Positions 14,041 to 26,302 of a DNA stretch of 64,000 bases are shown here, piece by piece; the stretch's first letter is position 1, and each line of letters starts with the position of its first letter. The position numbers and the translations under genes are program-made. A model generated the notes under the pieces. It saw only the letters and a program-made list of their open reading frames with translations. It ran no database searches and was not told the origin of the DNA. The stretch lies in NCBI GenBank assembly GCA_030704615.1, contig CM060731.1, positions 25,048,001-25,112,000 of the forward strand, given 5' to 3'. The DNA is from Takakia lepidozioides (lineage: Eukaryota > Plantae > Bryophyta).

Positions 14041-14247
14041 AATTTTTTTAGTTTGTTATGCTCAACTCAAAAAATATAACTAACTAATTAAGGTAATCAA
14101 TTGTCTATTTATTGGTTTGGCGTTTGTTGGAGCAAGTACAAGACAAGGCGCCTAAATTTTTCATGTTCATCCAACTTCATCCATATCAGTTACGACGTTA
14201 ATTTTTAAAACCACGCGACCCGATTCAGGTGGTGGGGTCCTTTAAGA

Positions 14248-14420
14248 TAGTGTTGGGAGGGTATTGGATACGTAGAGGGTATCAATGCGGGTATGTGGAC
14301 CCGGATCCGCAGGGTACATTGTTGGACAATACCATGTTCATAACCTACCCGCTGGTTAGCTGATATTGATGCTGAGACCTGGCCCTGGGATAAGGCTTCG
14401 GTGATATTGAAAAAATATCT
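14248..14420 (+). mobile_element. left end of a hAT-family non-autonomous element
   Basis: TAGTGTTGGGAGGGTA resembles the TIR of the intact MITE at 23137 and is followed by GGGTA/TACCC subterminal motifs. Confidence 0.5.
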
Positions 14421-15122
14421 ATAAGCGCAACCAATTGAGGATTGTTGGGAGACTTTACTGCTATTTTTTGGTTGTCCGATTATCTTTCTTGTCATATATT
14501 TATTTGGTCTCGAACGAGTACAAGAATCACAATTAAATGCGGTGAACAATTCAACCGTCCTCCATTCCAAATGGTCTTTGAAGACAGATTGAACCACATA
14601 GGCCATTTCGAGCCCATAGTCCCGTCATTCATAACAAGACCATCTCATATACAAAACCAATTTGAAGCTGAAATTATACATAAAAATCATTTATGAAACG
14701 TTAATGTTCCTCAACCAATTGCACATTTTGATGTTCTCGCATCCAATTCAACACCCAAACCAATTAAAACCATGCATGTACCAAACGATTTCATTGGACA
14801 AAAGATCTTTAAAACAAAGAATTATTGCATGTTAAACAAACAAATCATAGTTTCCCAAACAAAAAAATTGACAATATATTTTTATGCTCTCATGCTCATT
14901 TAAAGCTGTATTTGAAATAAATTATTTGACATTTATATTTATTACAAAAAAAGTGACAACCCAATAGATCGAGTTTTTTATTTAAAAATTTAAAAAAAAA
15001 ACTCTAAAAAGTAACATTCAAATAACTTTTTAAAAATGCATTTATTGAAAAATACAAAAATATATGAACGATTTTCCTAGGTTCATTTGTGTATGTTGTC
15101 ACCGAATATGGTTTCGGTACTA

Positions 15123-15857
15123 GGATGAATGCAAGGTTGATTGGACCAAAATGGACGTTACTAACACAGTTTTAGATTAACTGCAATTGATGGTGTCATC
15201 AATTGAAATTGAATTAACTCATTAAAACCAGCAAATATATATGTCATTGGATTCCTAGCTTCAATACGCACCCATGTCAACTCTCCAATCATGAATCCGA
15301 TAAGAAATGACTCCGCTATGGACTTTTGAACATCATCATTGTGGATTGTTACCGCAATGAATGGAATTACAATGGACTCAAATTCTCATATGTGCCATTG
15401 GTGAATTCCATTGAAATTTGGACATAAGGTGACCATTTTGGTCCACATCATAGATATGGATTTGAAGTAGCAAAATCATTTGTCATTTGACTCATATGGA
15501 CTAATATATGTAAAAAAATCAGACGTTTTTTGAAAAGTTCATAGCTCATCTTATTTTTTGGATTTTGGGTGTCATTGTTTTTCTAGAAGTATAAAAACCT
15601 ATCATCTTCAATGGCTAGGTGTCATATTGAATTTTTTTGTAAACTCTAATTTTTAGTTTTTCATAATTTCTCTAAATAATATACTAAAATATTTAATGAA
15701 TTATATCTTTAATATTTGGGGTAGGACTCTTTACTAAATATATTATCTATCACTCAAAAAATATTTTGGGATAATATCCTCAACTTTTGTTTTTTGGTCA
15801 TGGACTTTCATGGAGTAGGATCTGTCGTTTTTGGTCCACTCAATCCTGCAACTGCCC
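15123..15857. mobile_element. TIR MITE inserted in the Helentron
   Basis: Left TGCAAGGTTGATTGGACCAAAATGGAC versus reverse complement of right end TGCAGGATTGAGTGGACCAAAAACGAC. ACTA flanks both sides (15119-15122, 15858-15861), a possible 4-bp TSD. Confidence 0.55.
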
Positions 15858-17299
15858 ACTAGAAGATATTGGCTTCTGACGATTATTTAAATTATATTAT
15901 CTTATATGTCTGAGATCTGGTTCACTCATAATCAGAAATCTCATATGTATGTAAAATTGTCGACGTATGATTGATGATGATAAATTAAAAAATAAATAAA
16001 ATAAAAAATGTTTATTGAACCTTATCATGCACCAAAAAATGTAATTGAATCAGTAAATGTCTTAAACCAATTGGAAGAACGTCTTGCAGCCCCTCGAATG
16101 GCATTTGCACAAATATATTAGCTGCATGGGTTCACTCAATTTGGCATTCGTAGTAGCATTATCAATGTTCCAACAATATTGATAAAATCCAATATGTCTT
16201 ACATCACTTAGTGACCGGTGTGTATACAGAGGGGGACTCTTCTGTAATTTTGGGAATATATATTTTGGAGCTTCATTACTTCATGTTTGGGAACACGATG
16301 TTAAGCTAGACATAATTTTCTTTTTCGGTTTCGCAAGAAGAGAGACAGCTTTCGAACAAATCCACAGTAAGTTGGATCTCATGTCTGGCTGGCTGCAAGA
16401 ATCATTGTCACGGACAAGGGCTGCCTCGACTAAAAATATTGATGATTTGAATGCCCTCCGACATTCCTTGGGTGTTCAATTAATCCTAGAAGAGGAGGAG
16501 CGTTGCTTGGAGCTAAAACTGAAGGTGAGAGTCTTCTGGTAAGCATATTTTGTCATGTCCCACATAATCTTTTGAGGGCTAGGTGGATAGACTTTCTGTT
16601 TCAACAATTCTGGTAGAAACTGCAACAAATGTTGAGCATTGTTTGAATGTTGTGTAGAGGTAAGGACACCTATGAGTTACAGCACAAAGACGAGTAATTC
16701 AAGAAGATGACAACACGATGCAACTGGGACGCAATTTAAAAGGAGATTCACTAATGTTGAATTTACTGTCGTTGGCAAGAATGATTTAGTGTTATCTTTG
16801 AAGCTCTTTAAATCTCTCTTCGGCATTGCTGCAATATTGGGGATGGAAATAAAGAAGTTGTCGTGAAGGGGATTGTATCAGGCTGAGGTCGAGTTTACGT
16901 GTGGGCTAATGAGTTCATGTTTCCTTTTATCCAGTTGTCACTCCACCATGCTCCATGTCCCGGAGTTATACTCTTTTCGATTTCAATTTTAAGTAATTCA
17001 GATTAATGTGGCTGAATTCCAAGGATGGTGACTCATCACTTTTGGAATAAATTGTCACTCATCCATGCTTCATGTCCATGAGTTATACTCTTTTCGATTT
17101 CAGTTTAAGTAATTCAGAATAATGGCGCTGAATTTCTTAGAATTTAAAGAGAAATTGGAGTATTTATTATTTTCTTTATTTATGGCTGGACTGAATTGTG
17201 CAAAAATCGATTTTTTTATAGAACTTACTTTCTTAATTTTATTTAGTCATACGTCTTCCTCAAGATGAAGCAACAATAGCAAAAGAAAGAAATCTAATG

Positions 17300-18230
17300 G
17301 ATGAAGTCTCACCTCCTTCTGTAAGGAGCGAAGTCTAACCAGCTTCCTAACCTCTCAAAAGTCATTCACATTCAAATGCCCAACATATCAGGGAACGACA
17401 ACAGAACGATAAGTGTCAGTTAGTTTAAATAGAATGTCCGCTCTAACTTTCCAAGGACGGACGACAATGTACACTTTATCCTTCTGATTATTGCTGAATA
17501 TCACATCTAACTCGTTCAACTTATCTCCATCCAGAGTGTGACTAGGTATCACTAACAATAATATGAATCTCCACTCTCTTCAAGCCATCTTGTCGATCCG
17601 AGGTAATTTCACACACTTAGCAATACAGTCAATACAAAGAAATTGCGAATATTTGGGATACCAGTACCTTGATTCAAAACCAGCAGACCAAGTGCGAAGA
17701 AAAGTATTGCATTCCACTTCATTAACGCCCTTACGAGCCACTTTCCCACCAATGATCTCATACTTCTCTCCAGGATCAGTATGAACAGCACTCCCGTACA
17801 TTCTAACCTGAATAGAAAAACCATCAGCAGACGCAACTAACTTGTGAAGGTAGTACCCATCCAAAGAAAGGTCCACCAACCGCCCTCGCCCAGTTCAAAA
17901 CACTCTTGAACTCCTGAAGACTGCATCGAGCCTCAAACACTTGCAACACATAGGCGGAATAAACCACTAAACTCCATGAGTCCATCAAAGTGTAGTGATC
18001 CTGATTCTTTGGATCTATCACATAGTGCCGACAAATGTTATTCACTTGTCCAACTGAAGCACCTCCATAACCTCCCAGCAAATTCAACGCATCACTGTCC
18101 TCAACAACTGCGCGCATATTGCCTCTCACCCGGATCTTCATAACATCTTCATCTCTGCAAAACTCCCGGATACTACCACCAGAGTATTAATACACATTTA
18201 AAGGATTCCTAGGGACTTCGAACATTTTCG
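17300..18230 (-). pseudogene. Crinkler (CRN)/CR-family C-terminal fragment (post-NTPase and REase-like region), disrupted
   Basis: Y*YSGGSIREFC...YGGASVGQVNNICRHYVIDPKNQDHY...W..VVYSAYVL...WARAVGGPFFGWV/YLHKLV...ECNTFLRTW...YWYPKYSQFLCIDCIAKC resembles oomycete CRN C-termini as I recall them. Frameshift at ~17850, stop at 17580. Confidence 0.6.
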
Positions 18231-18764
18231 TCTTCTTAGTAAAGCATTACATGATTTATGTGGAACTCCATTATATCACCTTGTCAATGTATTGATAAGA
18301 AGAAATTGAAAAAATTTGTTTGAATTGTCTGAGGATTCCCAAACAATCATAGGTGATGTTAAAAACCAAAATACTAATGACTGCTTTGAAGAAATACATG
18401 AAAATACTTCCACAGACACATTCGTAGATAATTCATTGATGTTGAACAAATATTTGATCATGGATGCAATACTTGTGCAATCGCTCCAAGTATCGTAGCG
18501 CGGAGCAGTTCGGCAAACGTTTTGTAGCTCTCTGCTGAACTTAGAAGTACCGCAGGTAGCCAGCTCAAGGAGTCATCAGGATAGAGCTAAAGATCCAGAC
18601 CAAGGGCTATTCCTCCCATGAGAAAAACTACCATTGTGCTAACACTACTATAAGATGACTCACAACAAATAGAAGATTTATACACAAGCGTTGGGGTGCT
18701 TATCAATCGGTGAAACAATCATGTAGCATTATCTTCAAGCGGTTGTACTTGTCGATGCTGGCAC

Positions 18765-19482
18765 ATTGGTCGGCATGGGTTTCGTATAGGCTAGGGAACT
18801 GTTGCATTGCAAGCCTACAATTAGTAACAGCTTCCTCCAACGCCGTCAAATTGTCGTAGTGCGCCATTGTATTCCTCGCAAAGATGCATCTTCTTGATAG
18901 TGCTTTGTAGGCGTCAATGGTCGGCATGGGTTTCGTATAGGCTAGGAAACTGTTGCATTGCAAGCCTACAATTAGCAACAGCTTCTTCCAACACCGCCGA
19001 ATTGTCGTAGTGCGTCATTGTATTCCTCGCAAAGATGCATCTTCATGATAGTGCTTTGTAGTCGTCGATGGTCGGATCGGTTTCGTATAGGCTACTGAAC
19101 TGTTGTATTGCAAGCCTACAATCAGCAACAACTTCCTCCAACGCCGCCAAATTGTCGTAGTGCACCATTGTATTCATCGCAAAGATGCATCTTCTTGATA
19201 GTGTTTTGTAGGCGTCAATGGTCAGCCTGGGTTTCGTATAGGCTAGGGAACTGTTGCATTGCAAGCCTGCAATTAGCAACAACTTCCTCCAACATCGCCA
19301 AATTGTCGTAGTACGTCATTGTATTCCTCGCAAATATGCATCTTCTTGATAGTGCTTTGTAGGCATCGATGGTCGGATTGGTTTCGTATAGGATAGGGAA
19401 TTGTTGCATTGCAAGCTTGCAATCAACAACAACTTCCTCCAACGCCGCCAAACTGTCGTAATGTGTCATTGTCTTCCTCGCA
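18765..19482 (-). repeat. tandem array of ~4.7 units of 150/151 bp encoding a 50-aa TPR-like peptide
   Basis: TTTCGTATAGG anchors at ~18780, 18931, 19081, 19232, 19382. Minus strand reads PTIDAYKALSRRCIFARNTMxHYDNLxALEEVVADCRLAMQQFPSLYET. Confidence 0.9.
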
Positions 19483-21164
19483 ATGTTAGACCTATTAGCT
19501 TTTAGCTTTCGATTTAAAAGGTGTTACAAGACATGGTCTAACTTATACAGCTTTATCTAGCATAAGGAAAAAAGAATTATATATCTTTTGAACACACTCG
19601 AACCAAAAAAATTCAACATTGATAAGTTAATAAGTCAGTTGCCGAAGAAATGAGACGATTAATAACAATGACACACCATAAATTGTCAATGCCCTTCATA
19701 TCGCAATTTTTTTTTTTAATCGTGCAAATGTTAAATACTCGTTTGCTAAACCAATATCAATATGATGTTATATCCTATTGAATCCGTCAAGCTTCACATA
19801 TCTTGTGCTCGAATGAAACACAACTATCGTCATCTAATTTAATCTGGAACATTTTCATCGATTACACCAATTTTTCTTTTATAGCATTTCATCGTGGTCA
19901 TGGCACTGCCATTTTATATAACACTCAAACTCAACCCCTGTCACCTCAACCCCTTGAAGGCCGTACAAGCAGTAGATATCATGGTGCATATCAAGACTTG
20001 TTTCCTAAAAGAAAACCATCATACATCTTCTTCAATCTTTTGGGGATCATTTAACATGCAAAACATTCCATCTGACCCATTCTTTAGGATCTTCTTCTTG
20101 CCTACGGTTCCTCACAATCAAAAAATGCACAGAGGTTCTTAAGCCTGTCTGGACCGGAGACGAGTGCTGCCACAATTGAGGGTCGTCTTTCACAGTTGGA
20201 GTCGCAGGTACTTCAGATTCCCATTCTAAGTCAGTGCCTTGCCGGTGCAAGGGTGCTTCTCAAGGCGATGGCAAATAGAGAGGTGACGGTGTGTGTAGGT
20301 GAAATCCTGAAATGGAGCGTGAACAAGAAGTCGACGGTGGACACAACATGAATCACACACATATGACGACGCCGAATTCATTTCTGCAACTTTCAATTTG
20401 AATTCATGAAGAGCATTGAATATAATAACAATCTATAAACCACCCAAAATGTCATTACAGTCATTTTTATTACATATGGAGAATATGTATAATAAAATAC
20501 CGCACGGTTGCCCAACCATATTTATTGAGGATTTCTATCTTGTTATATTACTTCTCAATCTATCGTGCTTCAAGACTACATGGAAACTCGTAAAATTCAA
20601 ATAACGTGCAATGAGAGTACTACAGACTACTATTCTCAACTTGACCATATATGGATAAATGCGCTACTCTAGCCATGCAAATCCGGATGACTAAAGCATA
20701 TCATTGGACCGATCACAAATTAGTTTAATGTGCTTTAAGACTTTCCAACCATGTTAGTCATTTTTATTGATATTTATGAGGGCTAAAAAAAATTAGATTT
20801 CCCACATATCAATATCAAGTGGCTGGACATGTCACATTAACTGTCACATTTTAGTTTTGAAACCTGTCCCATTGCTTCAGGGATTTAGCACCCCCTTAAA
20901 AACATATTAAACCGGTAAGTTATACTAATACTTAAATGATGTCAAACGTTGCCCAAGTTTACACACCATACCTTAAAAAATACAAACTACTTAAAATACT
21001 TAGAAATACTCACTAACTTTATAATTCTAGCCACCTAAATAAGTATATTAGTATTAGTATTAGTTAGTAGATAACATTTTGATTTAATTAGTTAGTATAA
21101 TTACCCATCACTTTGATAAGTTTGGATAAATTTCAGGGCGCTTCAAATGGTTGAAGAATTTTTT

Positions 21165-21384
21165 TTAACCCCGGCCCCGGGTTTATAACAGTAGGTTATT
21201 ATCCATGTTTGATTGTTATTGAGATGTTGTCTAATAATTTTGATAATGGGCTTGTTGATAACCCCCGGGTATGTAAAATCGTAAATAAATCTAGTATTGG
21301 TCTCCGGCGAGTATATCCACAACCTCACACCACCAATACCCGGAACCAGCAGGTCTTACAAAAGATAATAACCTCCCAACACTG
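21165..21384 (+). mobile_element. right end of a hAT-family non-autonomous element
   Basis: Ends TAACCTCCCAACACTG, the same TIR type as 23137-23786, preceded by CCCGGG/TACCCG subterminal motifs. Confidence 0.55.
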
Positions 21385-21429
21385 GTTAGTACTATCCTAA
21401 ATATTAGAAATATCAATGTCATTGGCAAA

Positions 21430-21582
21430 TGAGATCAAAACGAAGGACAACATGCCGGCCCCTATGGCATAGGGAGTGATTACTCTCATGTTCAAAAAGG
21501 GGGATAAGGCTAACATTGGCAACTACAGGCCCATCATCCTACTAAACGTGGCATACAAGGTTATTGCCAAGGCATTTGCTTT
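21430..21582 (+). mobile_element. L1-type LINE reverse-transcriptase fragment
   Basis: ITLMFKKGDKANIGNYRPIILLNVAYKVIAKAFA, the start of a non-LTR RT domain. Confidence 0.8.
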
Positions 21583-22542
21583 GACTCCAGCCCCTTCTCC
21601 CCTCCCTCATCCGAACTGGCCATGCTGCACGATTAACATTAGAGAATCTCTTGGAACATTGCCTCATCTATTGTGTCATGCATTTTGGCAATTTGGCCCA
21701 TGGTCCTAGATTTCTACCGTGCCTGGGGTTGCACCCCCCTGGTTCCTATTATCCTGTTGCAACTTGTTGAACTATAGTCAAGTTAGAAAGGCAGCTAAGG
21801 TTAGAACTGCCCACTGTTTGAGGCTCTGCGCACTGACAAAATTGGAAAGCCCGTTGCAGTTGGACCTTGGATAATCTCAATACCTCCTGAACTGAGTTTC
21901 TTACCTATGAATCCTATGACCTCACCATTGTTGCTAAACTTGCCTGGGCAAAACTCTGTGCAGAATTCGAGAGGAACCCCAAGCGTTTGCCAGCTCTCCT
22001 CGCCACTTTTAGAGCGTCTTGGGGGAGACAATGACTCATTTGCAGCTGCACTGATGCTCACTCCTGCACTTGGCCAGGGGCCATTCCCCTTTTCTGGCAA
22101 CAACAATGAGCCTCCCTTGAGTTCAATAGATCAGATATTAACTGGAAGTATATTATGACTGTGGCGAAATCTAGTAGACTTCATTTCCACAGATAGACAT
22201 TGTTTTCCGTTTAGTCCTTCTCGATCGACCGATCTGGCCTACTGTTTAGCGTTGCTTAAAACCTTCCTACTCTAGGGTTTCCTAGCGGCTCATGCCTTCT
22301 CTCTCCATCTTTTCAAAGCACATTCGATCGTGTCCCTACTTTACGCATATTCTACGCGGGATAATTGTCTCATGGTCCCTGCTCAATTGGCATCTCCTAC
22401 ACTGTCCTCCGTGTGTTTAGGCCTCATGGCATCCTTCGGGCATGTAAGGGTTTTAATATTTTTTCCCTTCAATAATTATATCAATAAAATTTTCAGGGCC
22501 ACTGTCCCCTGTTCTTTAGAAAAAATAAAAAACAAAAAAAAA

Positions 22543-24190
22543 TGTCATGACCATGAATATTATAAATAGGAAGAGTTATATTACACAATATATGAAGACC
22601 TTTTTGTGACAAAACAGAAAGAGACACATACGGCTTTTATCTAGATTTGTATCAATGTCTTCTCTTCTTGTCCTCTTGTCTTTAATGCTTGAGCATAAAC
22701 TCAACATGGTATCAGAGGCGCTACGTTCCTGAAATATAATTCTCGGAGACCAACGTTTTGAAGAAAGCATAATGTTGTCTACAATGAATTATTTTGTTGA
22801 TAGGCTTGACGGTAGTAACTATCAAGTATGGAAAATTAGGATGGAGATGTACTTGTTAAGGGAAGATGTTTGGTCAGTAGTAGATGGGTCTGAAGCCAGA
22901 CCTGCTACTCCACCCTGCAATCAACCCGCATGGGATAAAAAGGATCATAAAGCGAGAGGCGATATAATACTTTGCGTCAAAGACAATTTATTGATTCATG
23001 TCAAAAGCTTAAAGACTTCCACAAAGGTTTGGAATAAATTAGCCTCGCACTATCAAGATACTAATGTTATTAGTAAAAATTTCCTCAATAGGAGATTCTT
23101 TAATATAAAAATGTCTGAAGGAGATAATGTTAAAACCAGTGTTGGGCGGGTATATGGGTGGGAGGCGGGCATCAACCCGGGTATTAAAGGACCTGCCCGA
23201 CGGACTTTAAAATCACAATATCCGGCAAAAGCCCTGCACAGGTGGGTATTGCATTTTCAATGCCCGTCCCAAAACCCTGCATAAGCGAGTATTACCTAGG
23301 GCTATACCCTTGAAATACCCGGGTTGAGGTGGTGTCAAGGATCTTCACCTGGTCATCCATCTTATGGTTAGGGTTCAACATATTCATCCAAATGTCAGGA
23401 GCAGCTATAGGTAATTTTGTCTTTACTTCTTTATCATGCATGTGTCATCGCTGCTCTAGCCACCCTTACACTTGAAAGCCTTTGTGCACCTCGATATGGA
23501 AATTTGTTGATGAGCTACGTGCGCATCAAGGTAGATCATGGTAGGTTATCAACCAGTGCATTAATATGTCTATGTCCGGGTTGATAACCGCCGGGTATTT
23601 CACTTTAAATACCCCGTGGGGTTGATACCTGACCTAAAATGAAATTCTGATTAAGATTGATGTCCGCCGGGTATATATATTTCTATTATGGCTCTATACC
23701 CGGGCCCGACGGACATCAAGATTTAAAGAATACCCCATAGCCCTGCACGACGGGTATACTCAAACCCATATACCCGCCCAACACTGGTTAAAACCCATGT
23801 TAATAAATTTTGTAACCTTATGGATGAACTAGCCACCGCTGCTGTCAAATGATAATGATGCAGTAGCGAATTTATTGGGATCCACGCCTAAATCATATGC
23901 GGACAATGTCATGGCCCAAACGAACAATATTGGTACACCGAATGAAACAATTAAATTGCTCCAAGAGGAGAAAATTAGGAGACGTGGTGAAGATCATGCA
24001 GATTCATCCACTTCAGCTTTGTATGGAGAAAGAAAATGTAATAGACCACCATTTAAATTCAATAAGAAGCCATATTCAATCGCCTTGGTCCTAGCTTTAA
24101 TACTGGTCATAATTTTTCCAATGGTCCAAGAAAACCAGTAATTAGATGCCTTTATTGCACATTGATGGGTCGCCACATACACAATTGTAG
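22543..24190 (+). mobile_element. Ty1/copia remnant: end of 5' LTR, tRNA-iMet PBS and gag (UBN2) pseudogene
   Basis: ...TCAACA|TGGTATCAGAG (PBS 22707-22717); TATAAATA at 22561; gag LDGSNYQVWKIRMEMYL...WDKKDHKARGDIIL...VWNKL...FFNIKMSEGDNVKT resumes after the MITE as HVNKFCNLMDEL...LLGSTPKSY...LLQEE. LTR start is uncertain. Confidence 0.85.
23137..23786. mobile_element. intact hAT-superfamily MITE (650 bp) inserted in copia gag
   Basis: Perfect 23-bp TIR CAGTGTTGGGCGGGTATATGGGT / ACCCATATACCCGCCCAACACTG and perfect 8-bp TSD GTTAAAAC (23129-23136, 23787-23794). Confidence 0.95.
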
Positions 24191-24268
24191 GAAGAAAATG
24201 TCTGATGAAAAAAGAAATGGTCATAGTTATACCAATAGTTATGTTTATATTTAATTTCCCAAGAAACC

Positions 24269-26300
24269 TGTCATGGTTTTAGTCATGGTTAACTAGAATT
24301 ACCTACTTCTAGTTAACTAGGACATTTTGGATTTTTATATTTGTATTTTGTGTGTTGGGACTTCATTTGGTCTCACATGCCAAGTAAGGTATCAAACCTC
24401 ACTTGGGACATGGGGATGGGTTTTCCCCTTGTGAGTGTTGAGGACGGCTCATCTTCTTGTAGTTGAGCCTCCATGAGCCTCTCCCACCTCCATAGCTCTA
24501 GGTATTGAGTGGGAGTGTGGTGAGGGCTTTGTAGGGTGGATTCTTTTAGCAAAGGTGCCCTTGGCTTGACTTAGTTTATGTGATTGAGTGGATTCATGAG
24601 TGGAGTGTTTCCCTTGTGTTCACTTACATTATCACTACAAGAAGATGACCTTATGCTTGTAAGTGCGGAGTGTAAGGGTTAGTTTAGCACTTGCGTGTTG
24701 AAGACCTTGGGAAGATAGCTCTTGTGTTGCAAGGTGTTGCATATATTGCAAAGGAAAATCCTTGTGGTGTTAGGGCTTTGAGAGATATTGCTTTGCCCCA
24801 AGGAGGTGGAGAGCTCAAAGATGGAGCTCTTAGATCACAAGCCTTTGCAAGGAAATGTACTTGTGGTGTTACACCAAGGTGTTGGAGAGCTCAAGAAGGA
24901 GCTTGTTGCCACAAGATTTGCAAGGATTGCAAGAATGAAGTCTTGTGTGTGTGGAAGCATGGATTCTAGGGTTTGAGAATCTTTTCAATGCATTATGGAG
25001 TCAATGGTGTGTGTCATGGCTTGTGGAGAGCAACTAAATGATTGTTAGTACTCATGTCACTATCAATCTAGGGTTAAGCAAACTCAATTGTGGATGTTGT
25101 GGAAGAGAAGCCAAGGAGCTATATAAGCTTGGGCTTGAAGACAACAAGGGCAAACACTTGGAGAGCATTAGGAAGCTCAAGAGGTTTGAAGGGAAGCATA
25201 TGGGTGAAAATTCTATCCATGATGATGTGAAACCAAGCCTAGAGCATTGAAGAGCTTGGAGTACATGTGGGAGATCATTGGAGGTGGTCTTCATGAAGAA
25301 AAGAGATTGTGGCTCAAAGCATGCATAGCAACTTCAACCATACATTAGCATGTGACAAGACAAGGAAGGGGAAGGTGAAGCTTATGTATTCATTCCCTTT
25401 TGGCTTAAGTTTTGTGGTGGATGGTTGATCAAGCAAGTGATGCTTATGTGGAGCATGCTTCCCAAGTGTGGCTTCCAATTTCAAGCTTGAGGAGAGCTAG
25501 AAGGTAAAGGGAGCAAGTTGATTCCCTTGTGTATGAGGTGATGCATGTGTGGAGCATGTTTTTGGCTTGAGCTTTGCAATTGAGCAAGCTTGAGAGGAGT
25601 GGCTCTTGAGCTAGCAAGTGAAGGGAGCTTGAATGACCAAGGCTTGAGAGGAGACAAGGCTTGGTGGCTTGCCAAAGGAGGTACAAGCTTGATTTGGAGT
25701 TCCAATGAGAAATTGAGCTTGTTGTGTGGCCAATGCATTGCTAGTCGAGTTGGAGACAAACTTGAATAGCTTAAGGTGAAGAAGATCAAGGGAATTTGCC
25801 TTGGTATCCCATAGAATTCATGGATGCTTGAGGGGATTAAGCATAGAGCCCCAAGGAGCACAAACCCTAGCTTGGTAAGGCTAAACCTCAAGGAAATAGA
25901 GGGGGAAGTGGCTAAAGGGGGGAAATGGCTAAACCCTGGGGGGGAAATGAACTACTCTATGAGGGGGAAATGGCTATTCCAAGGGGAATACAAGGGGAAT
26001 ACGTATAGGCCCAGGGGAATACTGGGGGAATATTATAGCATATTCTTGGGAATATTCCCAAGGAACTTTGGGAACCTATTGGGAACTTGGGAACGCATTG
26101 GGAACATGGTGATATATGAAGAGTCCTTGGAGGACTGTTTAGGGTCCTTGGAGGACCATTGCGAGTCCTTGGAGGACTGTTTGGGGTCCTTGGAGGACCA
26201 TTGGGAGTCCTTGGAGGACTATTTGGAAGATCATTGGGAGTCCTTGGATGACTGTTTGGGGTCCTTGGAGGACCATTTAGAGTTCTTTGGAGGACTATTT
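24269..26300 (-). mobile_element. probable large LTR remnant (truncated) of another LTR retrotransposon
   Basis: Sharp TGTCATGG boundary at 24269 (TGACA terminus on minus strand), strong strand skew, no coding signal, U3-like tandem repeats at the other end. No partner LTR or PBS seen. Confidence 0.45.
26120..26300 (+). repeat. 21-bp tandem repeat (GAGTCCTTGGAGGAC(T/C)(G/A)TT(T/G)GG), about 8 copies
   Basis: Directly visible; translates as ESLEDCL/GSLEDHW repeats in the ORF track. Confidence 0.9.
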
Positions 26301-26302
26301 CT

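Larger units (their letters stand above)
14430..20760 (+). mobile_element. fragmented Helentron/Helitron2-type element (OTU-like, DUF6570-like, Pif1 C-terminus, AP-endonuclease/EEP remnants) with nested inserts
   Basis: GDFTAIFWLSDYL...IFIWS...HFEPI (14445-14620); LNQLEERLAAPRMAFAQI*..QFGIRSSIINVP (16060-16175); LCGTPLY (~18255); HGLTYTALS (19532-19558); NETQ...HGTAILY (19803-19925); IITIYKPP...TIFIEDF, TTDYYSQLDHIWIN, WTDHK (20416-20720). All on + strand, in Helentron order, with stops and frameshifts. Confidence 0.72.

Noticed and set aside
18765-19482. Regularly spaced repeats as a CRISPR array (also 26120-26300 and 50015-50345)
   Set aside because: Units are contiguous with no unique spacers, there are no cas genes, and the context is eukaryotic.
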